Assembly: GCF_035594765.1 (NCBI RefSeq)
Contig: NC_085842.1
Span: 208,641,747 to 208,705,746 of the forward strand
Direction: 5' to 3'
Source of the DNA: Anolis carolinensis
Lineage: Eukaryota
Length of the DNA: 64,000 bases
The notes beneath the pieces were generated by a model. The model saw nothing but the letters and a program-made list of their open reading frames with translations, had not been told where the DNA came from and made no database searches. Positions 52,237 to 61,869 of the stretch are shown piece by piece; the first letter of the stretch is position 1; each line of letters starts with the position of its first letter. A program made the translations under genes and the position numbers.

Positions 52237-52318
52237 GTCGTTTATATGTACCCTGTAGAATCGAATTTGTGTGAGCACCTCAATCACAAATTCGTCTCTA
52301 GGGGAGTATATGGACGAT
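52237..52318 (+). ncRNA. MIR10C: mir-10 family precursor (mir-10c, HoxC paralogue)
   Basis: 5p arm UACCCUGUAGAAUCGAAUUUGUG (52249-52271) and 3p arm CAAAUUCGUCUCUAGGGGAGUA, with a basal stem GTCGTTTATATG/TATATGGACGAT. It lies at the canonical position just 5' of Hox4. Confidence 0.95.
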
Positions 52319-52695
52319 GCAGAGCTTTGTTAAAGGTTCTCCTTTCTTTGTGGTCTTCTCCCAGATGTTGCAGTGAACGGGCCAATATCTGAGACTTCAG
52401 AGGTAGTGTGTTTAAAGGTCTTAAGAAGCACATGTACACACACCTTTTGAGGCAGGTAAAGAGATCTGTCGGAAAGAAGAACCCTCTTACAGCCAGGTCT
52501 TGAATAAATAATTAGAATAACAGAGAAAGTACAGCGTGCTCCTGATAATAAAATCCGGAATTATTACTTCTTTCTTGCAAAGAAGGAGCAGCAGTGGCTG
52601 TAAAGGCAGCTCAGAGCTCACACAAGCCCTTGCCAGAGAGAGAAGGGAGGGAGGAAGAGAGGGAGAGAGAGAGAGACCTAACCATTTCAAGTGAC

Positions 52696-52830
52696 TGATT
52701 TATGGCGTTTTACAGCCCCATAAAAACTGTTACAACCAGCCCAGAGCCTCCGACACCGCTGGCACATTTAGTCTAATAAATAAAACATAAACAGTTAACT
52801 TTATGTGTCACTTTTATTGTTATCAAGTAA
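52696..52830. promoter_or_regulatory. Pbx-Hox/Cdx site cluster between mir-10 and HOXC4
   Basis: TGATTTATGG (52696-52705), CCATAAAA, TTTATG and TTTTATTG within 135 bp. Confidence 0.55.
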
Positions 52831-53324
52831 AATATTGCAATGCCCTGCAAGCTATGATTTTCAACTATAATTGTTATCAAGCAGTACAAGGGATTAATCC
52901 GACTGTCGGTGCCCCATCTTCTTAATGTAAGCTATAGATAAAGCCTTTTAACTGCAATAACTGCACTCTTTAAAATGTTTGCTTCCCATCCCAGCTTGCT
53001 GAACCTACCCAGAGGTCTGTTTATGTATCTTATGGGGGAACACAGGCACACTCATACAGGGCTGCTTCTGATCATCCCTGACTCAAGATTGAAATCATCA
53101 GAGATTGTGAATGGACTCTTCCTGCTTCTGCAGGAATTTCTGGCTGGGAAGAAGAAGAGAATATTACATCTCTTGTATGTGAATGGACACTTTCCTTGCT
53201 TCTTTACTTCCCTCATTTAAACTAAATATGCATGCATGTTCTTTCCCACAACAATGCCAGATCCTCTATGATTAACATTGAGCAGGTTTGTATAAAGCAA
53301 GCACCCAACTACCAGTTTCTTCCA

Positions 53325-53459
53325 GGGCCCTTCCACACAGCCACATAACTCAGAATATCAAGGCAAAAAATTCCCACAATATCTGCTTTGACCAGACTGT
53401 CATATATCCCCCTTCAAAGCAGATAAAGTGGGATTTTATTCAGCTGTGTAGAAGAGGCC
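53325..53459. mobile_element. Palindromic MITE (internally deleted)
   Basis: GGGCCCTTCCACACAGC...GCTGTGTAGAAGAGGCC. Confidence 0.75.
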
Positions 53460-54133
53460 TCAGACTCCTCCACCTTTCCATCCCCTGGTTAGAAGAAGAG
53501 CAGGTTGGTGGCCTTGCCATCTGGCTGGAAGGAACTTTCCCTGCTTTTCATCCTCGCCATCCTCTCTTATGAAAACCTCATCAGACCTCCCTTAAGCAAA
53601 GGTTGATGAGCCTTTCTAGAGCACTCTCACTCCAAATGACGCAAAGATGATTTGCATACCCCCTTCCCCAACCTTCTTCCTCCTCCCCCCCCCCCCCCCC
53701 AGGTAACCTGCCTTCTTTGTCTCTCTGCCTGCAAACAATTGGATGACAGATGTTGAACTTCCTTTAGTTTTTTGAATTTTGTGTATGTGTGTATGTTGGG
53801 AGTGGGGGTGGGACTAGATCTGCAGACAAGGATCCCAGCGGTGTCCTGGATGGGGGGGAGGGGGAGAAGGGAGGAGGGGGGGAGCACATCTCTCCCCACA
53901 GCTTTTAAGGTGAAACAAGCAGAGCACATTTGAGCATGCTGCAGTGTTTCAAAAATGGTTGTTTTTCCTGCTTAAGGCTGACTTAGCTCTTGGTTGTCTA
54001 CAAGAGAGGACTTGCTGTGTATCTAGAAAACAAGGGGTGGGGGTAGTTTGGGGGAAGAGATTAATCATGCAGAATGTACTCTTCCACACCATCTCTCTGT
54101 CAAATAAGTGAAATAATATTTAGATCATTGCTC

Positions 54134-54566
54134 ATGAACAAAATCTGGCTACCAGTATTAAAAAAACCTCTATATTCAGGACAGTGAATAAAGAACAACA
54201 TTCATAAAACAGAGGAATTCCAGACTTGAATCAACTAGGGCCAGCTAATACCTCCCAACAAAAGATTCCCTCAGGCAGTAAGCAGCCAGACCTTACTGCT
54301 GAAAGGCTATTAAATGCTAATCAAGGTATCCAATTGAAACATTCACACCTGCCTCAAACAGACAAGAGTCCTTTCTCCCACCCTGGACCTTCCAGAGATA
54401 TATAAACCTCACTTGCTTAGTTTCCAACAGACCTCACAACCTCTGAGGATGACTGCCATAGATGTGGGCGAAACGTCAGGAGAGAATGCTTCTGGAACAT
54501 GGCCATACAGCCCGGAAAACTCGCAGCAATCCAGTGATTCTGGCCATGAAAGCCTTCGACAACACA
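54134..54566 (+). mobile_element. Penelope-like pLTR ~300 bp upstream of the HOXC4 core promoter
   Basis: Full 3' end ...AAAGCCTTCGACAACA. Confidence 0.85.
54440..54480 (+). ncRNA. Minimal hammerhead motif, core intact
   Basis: CCT-CTGAGGA-T-GACTGC-CATAGAT-GTGGGC-GAAA-CGTC-AGG, with one stem II mismatch. Confidence 0.55.
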
Positions 54567-54861
54567 TTGAATTTACTTCTATTAATATTCTGATCATTGA
54601 TACTACCTTTTGAAGACGAGGAGCACAGGACTGCCTGGCTGTGGCTGCAAGGTCTGCCCCTTCCTCCCCCCAACCTCTCTCTCTCTGTTTCTTTCTCTCT
54701 TTCTCTCTCACACACCCCTCTTTTGCTCTGAGGGGAAGGGGATCACACCAACAACAACAAGAACACACGCACCCGCGCGCGCGCACCCACCCACCCACAC
54801 ACACACAAATTGGATACATTTTGAATAAGCTTTTGGTTCCTTATCCGGGGACTCGCTCGGC

Positions 54862-54922
54862 TGGCGTGATTGGCGCAAATAGTCACATGGTGAAACTAAC
54901 TTTACGGGGTCGCCAGCTAGTA
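54862..54922 (+). promoter_or_regulatory. HOXC4: HOXC4 proximal promoter (CCAAT + GTCACATGG)
   Basis: CGTGATTGG...AGTCACATGGTGAAACTAACTTTACGGGGTCGCCAGCTAGTA, the motif string typical of group-4 Hox promoters. Confidence 0.75.
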
Positions 54923-55078
54923 NNNNNNNNNNNNNNNNNNNNNNNNNNNNNNNNNNNNNNNNNNNNNNNNNNNNNNNNNNNNNNNNNNNNNNNNNNNNNN
55001 NNNNNNNNNNNNNNNNNNNNNNNNNNNNNNNNNNNNNNNNNNNNNNNNNNNNNNNNNNNNNNNNNNNNNNNNNNNNNN
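54923..55078. other. N-run (156 N) hiding the HOXC4 5' UTR and first ~31 codons
   Basis: Coding sequence resumes at HSPEYY directly after the gap. Confidence 0.9.
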
Positions 55079-55487
55079 CACAGTCCGGAATATTACAGCC
55101 GGACCAGGGAGCCCAGTTTCCAGCACCATCACCAGGAATTGTACCCTCCGCCACCTCCTCCTCCGCCACCACCGCCACCTCCTCCTCCTCCTCCTCCTCC
55201 ACCGCGACCCAGCTACCCCGAGCGCCAGTACAGCTGTGCCAGCCTCCAAGGTCCCGGCAACCCCTCCGTGCATCCGAGGGGCCATGGACCACCGCCTGGG
55301 GGCCACCATCTCCCCGAGAAGCCCCCGCAGCCGCAGCTCTGCGACCAAACGGCTCTTCCCAGCGCCGCCACCTCGCCATCCCCAGCTCCCCCAGCCTGCA
55401 ACCAGCAAAACCCCGACCACCCCAGCAGCACGGCCTCTAAGCAGCCCATAGTCTACCCCTGGATGAAAAAAATCCACGTCAGTACGG
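55079..55487 (+). CDS. HOXC4: Homeobox protein Hox-C4, exon 1 (visible part; ATG expected near 54986 inside the gap)
   Basis: HSPEYYSRTREPSFQHHHQELY(P20)RPSYPERQYSC...KQPIVYPWMKKIHVST. Donor G|GTAGGC at 55488. Confidence 0.95.
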
Positions 55488-55656
55488 GTAGGCAACTTTT
55501 GCTCCTCTCCTCTCCTTCCCCTTTCCTCTCTCTCCCTCTGCTTCCTTGTCCCTGCCTCCTCTCTCTCGCTCTCTCCCTCGCTGTCTGCCTCTCTCCCCCT
55601 CCATCACCTCCTTTTTGCCTTCAACGAGAGTCTTTGGGTTAGCACAATTGAGCGGG

Positions 55657-55702
55657 ATTTACGACTCCGAGTGGGTAATTACACCCACCATAAATTTTAT
55701 AG
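55657..55702. promoter_or_regulatory. HB-1-like conserved Hox4 intronic homeodomain-binding element
   Basis: ATTTACGAC...TAATTACA...CCATAAATTTTATAG. Confidence 0.7.
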
Positions 55703-55943
55703 CCAAGCTAGTCTGGGCAGCCCGAGCCATGTGGTTCGTTCTGTTATGTATGTGTGAAACTCCAGCGGCTTTGCGAGGGGTGCATAAATAATTCAGGCTC
55801 TTTGCAAGCCAGGGAAACCCCTTCTTAATCCGAGGGAAAGTCCTGGGTTCTTTATAACCCATTGAGCTGATGACTTCTTCTCTCTCCCCCCCCCCCTTCT
55901 CTCTCTTTCTCCCCCTCTCTTTCCCTTGAGCCACTGGAGATCT

Positions 55944-56145
55944 GGGTTGCTGTGAGTTTTCTGGGCTGTATGGCTATGTTCCAGAAGCATTTTCTCCTGA
56001 AGTTTCGCCTGCATCTATGGCAGGCATCGTCAGAGGTTGTGAGGTCTGTTGGGAACGAGGCAAGTGGGATTTATATATGGCTAGACAGCCCGGAATACTC
56101 ACAGCAACCCAGTGATTCCGGCCATGAATGCCTTTGACAACAAAA
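55944..56145. mobile_element. Inverted PLE insertion in the HOXC4 intron with an 11-bp TSD
   Basis: ACTGGAGATCT at 55933-55943 and 56146-56156. An antisense hammerhead-like motif lies at 55996-56036 (CUGACGA, perfect stem II, GAAACUUC). Confidence 0.9.
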
Positions 56146-56210
56146 ACTGGAGATCTTTCTTCCTCTCCGCGTGGGCATCTAACCCGCTCTCTTTCCCTGC
56201 CTCTTTTTCT

Positions 56211-56356
56211 TCCTTCCAGATAGCTGAATAAAATCCACATTATTTGCTTTGAACTGGAATATATGGCAGGGCGGACTCAGATAACCCAGTTCAAAGCAGA
56301 AAATTTGGGGTTTGCTGCCTTGATATTCTGGGATATAGGGCTGTGTGGAAGGGCCC
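56211..56356. mobile_element. Palindromic MITE in the HOXC4 intron
   Basis: Right TIR GCTGTGTGGAAGGGCCC is intact; the left TIR is degenerate. Confidence 0.75.
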
Positions 56357-56489
56357 TCTGTCTTTCTCTCCTTTCAGTCCTCCTTCCCTCCCTCCTTCAC
56401 TTCCCTTTCCGTCTCTGTGTCTTTCTCTGTCTTTCTCTCATTCCTTCCCTCCCTCCTTGGTGATTCACGGTGCTCTTTGGTTTTTCCAG

Positions 56490-56839
56490 TGAACCCCAAT
56501 TACACTGGAGGCGAGCCCAAGCGATCCAGGACTGCCTACACCAGACAGCAGGTCTTGGAATTAGAGAAAGAGTTCCACTACAATAGGTACCTGACCCGGC
56601 GAAGGCGGATCGAGATCGCCCATTCCTTGTGTCTCTCGGAGAGGCAGATCAAGATCTGGTTTCAGAACAGGCGGATGAAATGGAAAAAAGACCACCGGCT
56701 GCCGAATACCAAAGTGAGGTCCACAGCCCCGGCCAATTCCTCCACCGGCTCCCTCCCGGCGGCTCCTTCCAACGCCAGCGAAGACCATTCGCAAAGCTCA
56801 TCTCAGGAAGCACGAGCAGAGGATATTACAAGGTTATAA
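56490..56839 (+). CDS. HOXC4: Hox-C4 exon 2 (homeodomain)
   Basis: Acceptor TTTTTCCAG|TG. Reads [78 protein letters not shown]...AEDITRL*. Confidence 0.98.
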
Positions 56840-57798
56840 ACAAACAGAAAAAACAAAACAAAACAAAAACAGAACCGGCAACAGCAACAGCAAAAAGAAC
56901 CACCTCCCCCCATAAAAATGACTCTGATTATTTATAGAATCTAATATATATATCTAATCTATATATTTTGTTTCTCCTCTCTCTCTTTCTCTCTGTCTTT
57001 CTTGTTTCCTCCCCCTACTCCCCCTATCACCCCCCCTTCGTAGTTTTCCGGTGCGTGTGTATATATACTCCCATGAGCCAAGAAAAAGGAGAAAAATACA
57101 AATAGAACCACACAAACACACAAAAGAATGAGGTCTTTTGCCGAGATCTCAAGCTTTTTAGGTGCATGTCTTTATTAGCATGAGAGGCCAGGTGAAATAC
57201 TTGCTGGTGTTTTTTCTTTTCTTCTGTTTTTTTTAAAGCGCCATTTTCAGGGTTTTATTTATTTTTGTAAAGGGAAGGGATGAAAGAATGGTGTGTGAGT
57301 GTTCATTATTATGTGTGAGTGTTCATGAGTGTGTGCAGGGGTGGGGGAATCTAATGTTCTGTTTTCGATGAAAATGTGAAGCATATGCTAATAATTACAC
57401 AGGCAAGGAAAGAATGCAGTTGTGTTGCTCTCTGTGCATTTACCAATGGAGAACAAAAAAGGACAGAGAAAATGGATCATTGAGCGCTTTCTCTTCCCTT
57501 TCTTGCTTTTTGTTGTTGTTGTATAGACGTTGGGGAAAGATTTTTTACCAAAACGAAGACCGAGGAAAGAGGGCAGATAGCACAGAAAGCGATAAACTTA
57601 TATGATTTCTTTCAATGTGAGAAGCAAACCAGAGAAGAGGGAGGGCAAAGAGAACAAGAGAGAAAGTTGAAAGAGAAGTAAGTGTCAGTGGGTAGAATTG
57701 GTTTGGGTTTTGTCGTGGTTCTCGTGTTTTTTTTAATTTCCCTTTTGGATATTTTATTTTGGACTGATGATGATTTGACATGGTCATTGTAAACTTGC

Positions 57799-57847
57799 AA
57801 TAAAAAAGAATTTTAGTGTATATGTGAAAGTCCCCTTGTTCAATAAA
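57799..57847 (+). terminator. HOXC4: Probable HOXC4 polyadenylation signals
   Basis: AATAAA at 57799 and 57842, ~1 kb after the stop codon. Confidence 0.55.
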
Positions 57848-59778
57848 AAACAAAACAAAAGCAACCAACAACCATTGAGTGTGACACAGATTGATTTTGG
57901 AATATCTGGTGAGTTCTTTCGCTTCTTTGCTTTCTGTGAAATAGGCAAATGGGACTGGAGGAGGGGGTTAATGTACCACATCAGGTCCCTCAGTAAGGGT
58001 ATTTTCTCTATTAAGATTCCCTCCCCTGCTTTTGGTACCACTTGGAAGAAGTCAGTGCCCAATGTGCCACTGATTTTAGGGACAGTGGAGTCACCAATGG
58101 GATAGTATGTTTGGAATGAAATTCTGCCACCAAGTCCTAACCATGGAAGTGTCTATGTATTTTATTGGAAATATCTGTCACTGTGTATCCTTCTCTGAAA
58201 TTAGAGGTCTGTGTTTGGTGCTGGCCTATGTGTCTTGCTGGATTTGTTCCTCCTTTGTAAAATGTATTTATCCTTCCTTGCATAAGATGTCAGTTCCTAT
58301 CCCATGTTTTTTTTAAAGTTACTTCCTTTCTTTAAATGTCTGTGTAAATAACTTTAGCTGAAGTGAACCTTTGCTCCTGTACTTTGAATAAATTGTTGAG
58401 GTTGAGACTGTGGTAGATATTCCAGGGAGGTATTGTAGCGAATCAGTGTTTGTTTACTTCCCTGAGGGAAAGAGAAAGGGAGGTTGGCCAAGGAGTGTGG
58501 AAGAAGTGTATTTGCCTAGGGAGCACTTCCAGTGTGCTTGTGCATGTATATGAATGAGAAAATAGTCTAGATAGATAGATAATAGATTAGTAAGTGCCTT
58601 TTAAAGATGCACTTATTGTTCTATTGGGCCTGGTCTAGAAACAGAAAAACATGGGAAAGGGTTGTATTCTGTATGTTTTGCTCTGGAGCCTTGCTTCATG
58701 ACCTTTGCAAAATGTAAATGTTCAAATATTTTCAATTTCAGTTATTTCTAGTTAGTTCCAAAGCATTTTAAAATCCAGATTATCTAGATTATTTTGAACA
58801 GTGTCCCTGCCTTTGGGTCAGGTGCCTAATGAGTTACAAGAAGACACTGCAATTCTTTATACTATTTATATTGGGGTACAGCCAGGATAGTGCAATTGTC
58901 TGGTGGAGCAAGGTTTCTGAAACCTGGAGGGACAGAAGTTTGAAAAATAACAGGTTTTATTATCCTCCATAATCAAGATATTCCTCATGCAAATGTTTTC
59001 AGCATTCCTGTAAAAGGCAGAGGCAAGGAAAAATGAGGAGGGCACTTGGACAAGTCTTGCTGAAGTTAAGGGAGAATCTCTACTCATCCCAAATGGGTCA
59101 GAGGGAAATGTAAAGTCTCTAGTCCAGATCAGTTTAGAAACAGCAGCCAAAGATCCAGGATATCAGCATATCAATGCTACGATCCTTTGCCTAACAGCTA
59201 TTATTTTGTAAAAGTGATGTCCACATATTGCCCCTATTTTTGGGTTAAGAAAATACCCGATGTAAGAGCATGACATAAATCTATTTATCCTAGTTTTACA
59301 GAGCAAAAGGTGAGGATGAGTGCATATTCTGGGTTCCCTTGAATTGCTTGCACTGTTTCTTACTGCCCTTGTCAATTTCAGGCCTGCTCATTCACCTTAG
59401 GTTTGTTAGATGAAATGGCAGAATGGTTGGGGGCAAAACACAGCTACAGAGCTCTGCACACTTACTGTTGGAAGCAGTGGGATCTGCTCCTGAGTAAGCT
59501 TGAATGTCATTGGGCAGCACACTGAATCTATCACATGTTTTTATCAATGTATAAAATGCCTAAATGTTTCCTAGCTTACCGCTGAGATAAATAGAAACAC
59601 TAACTTTCTGCCCAATGTCCTCCCACAGAGTCCTGAAAGTGAACAAAGGGTTAAAAAGTCCTTTCTGGAGTTATATATATTTGGATAATATTCTAAAGTT
59701 GATTCTCACTTCACTACCCTTCCTCCTTCCCTACACACATGCATGCAAAAATAGAAGAATGTATAAGGGTTCCTCTAA

Positions 59779-59928
59779 GGGCACTTCCACACAGCCATAT
59801 AGCCCAGAATATTAAGTCAGAAAATCCCGCAGTATCTGCTTTAAACTGGGTTATCTAAGTCCACACTGGCATATATTCCAGTTCAAAGCAGATGATGTGG
59901 GATTTTATTCAGCTGTGTGGAAGGGGCC
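59779..59928. mobile_element. Palindromic MITE (TSD TAA)
   Basis: TAA|GGGCACTTCC...GGAAGGGGCC|TAA. Confidence 0.85.
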
Positions 59929-60623
59929 TAAATGTCTCTCTGTAATGTTCATTTCTAAAAAAAAAAAAAAAGGTTTGGCAGAAAGAGAGAGAGCGAGAGA
60001 GAGAAAGAGAGAGTACAAAACTTGATAAATGATAACCAAGTGCCTGTGAAAGAATCAGGCTGAATATGATGGGACTTTGTCTTGTGCGTATTCTCTGTGT
60101 CTGCGAGGAAGCCCAGAAAGGAGGGAGGGGACATCAATCACATTTGCAACAGTATAATATCCATGTTCATTTTATGAAAAGGGGGAAAAAATCTCAAACA
60201 TCTCAGATATATAGAGCCATCTTCCTTTCAGCAGGTCTCTACCTTTACCCACCAATGCATTATTATTTTATTTTTCTGCTTGGCATTTACTTTCCTCTTG
60301 ACAATTACCCTCTTCTGATCTTTTTCTAAAAAATCTAATTCTTAAAGCATGGGATTGAGCCTTTAGACTTGGCCATGACAGAATCCTTCCAAAGTAGGCA
60401 GATTATGAATGAGTTATAAAGGGAGAAGAAGAAGAAGAAAAAAAAAAGGGGGGGGAGGGTCAAGAAAGAAAGGGGAGATATCATGAGATACAAGCAGCCT
60501 GTCCCATCGTCCCCCTGCCTTTCTTTTCTCCTCTCTCTTTCTCTCTCAGCTTTTTGACGCCTCCATGTTGGGAGCTTGAAAAGGTACTTTATTGAAGTTC
60601 GAGTCAAAGGGAGGGGGGAATTG

Positions 60624-60640
60624 GGTTCACCCAGAGGACA
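60624..60640 (+). promoter_or_regulatory. DR5 RARE 3' of HOXC4 (Hox4 neural-enhancer type)
   Basis: GGTTCA-cccag-AGGACA followed by ACTTTTCT, matching the known 3' Hox4-group RARE form. Confidence 0.85.
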
Positions 60641-61645
60641 ACTTTTCTACGCCAGCAGTTTTATTCTAGCCACTCAGGCTGACCTCGGAGCCCCCAGTGA
60701 CCCGAGCTCAGTCTCCCAACGTGTACCTTCTGCGCGCCCGACACACATTTGAAGCCATCGCCACTGTTTCGGCGCTTTGTCAGGAATTTACCATAGTAAT
60801 GGAAAGCCGGGTGGGTGGGGAAGGGAGGGGAGAGGCGGAGGGGGCTTGGGCAGAATCGATGCCTGTTATCGCCTGGTGTTGTCACCAAAATAACCCCAGA
60901 GAAAAGAAGGCAGGGTGAAGTTTCGGCCAAGCCTCCCTTTCCCCTCTTTCCCGCCTTCCGATCACCAGCTTGGGAAGTTTTCCCAGCTGGGGTGGCAAGA
61001 GCAAAGTTTCCAGCGCCAAGTAAGTAGCTTGCAATTTTTATTACCCTCTTTTTCCCTTGAAAGAAAGAAGTTTCACGATTCATACATTGTTGTTGCTGTT
61101 GTTGCTTTTTTTTGCTGCCATCATGGTCATTATCCTAAGTCTGTGTTGGGGAACTTTGCTATATTTTGGTGGAATTACTCTATTTTGAGCCTAACAGCTC
61201 AGATTCCCCAACAGTCTCTCAGTCTGTAAAGTAGGGATCTAGGATAGCCTGGTAAGGTGGTCCCAGGCCTTTGGTGGCTTCTCCTGCCCCAAACCTACGC
61301 CTGCAAATCAACCAGGAAAGGAGAGATCTCCAAGCAAAGGGTCGAGATTGTTGCTTTGCCAGATGTAACTGGTGACTTTGTGTGGGTGAGTGGAGTAGCT
61401 GCCAAGGTGGAGATGAGAGTGAGTGGGGAAGAGCTACCAAAGAGGAGACTGTCCCAGCAAGACACGGCTAAGGACTGCTTTGGAGCTCAAGGACCCGCCT
61501 GAAGCCACCTTGTTGCCAAGGCTTCTCTTATTTCTCCATGGAGCTGATTGCCACATGCAAGGTTTCTTCTGTCTTCCACTGCCTTTGGGCTTCTTTCCTT
61601 TCTTTGCTACAAGTGGATGAGGCTACACTTGGCGATAGTTTCACT

Positions 61646-61869
61646 GGCCCCTTCCACACAGCTGAATAAAATCCCACATCTGCTTTCAACTGAAATATAT
61701 GGCAGTGTGGATTCAGACAACGCAGTTCAAAGCAGACATTGTGAGATTTTCTGCCTTGATCTGCTGGTTATATAGCTATGTGAAGGGCTCTCAGATACCC
61801 AGTTCAAAGCAAATATTGTAGGGTTTTCTTCCTTGATATTCTGGGTTATATGGCTGTGTGGAAGGGCCC
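61646..61869. mobile_element. Palindromic MITE with internal duplication (TSD ACT)
   Basis: ACT|GGCCCCTTCC...GGAAGGGCCC|ACT. Confidence 0.85.

Noticed and set aside
54641-55642. 333-aa ORF as a full HOXC4 exon
   Set aside because: It reads through promoter sequence, Ns and intron. Only 55079-55487 (plus the hidden start) is Hox-like.
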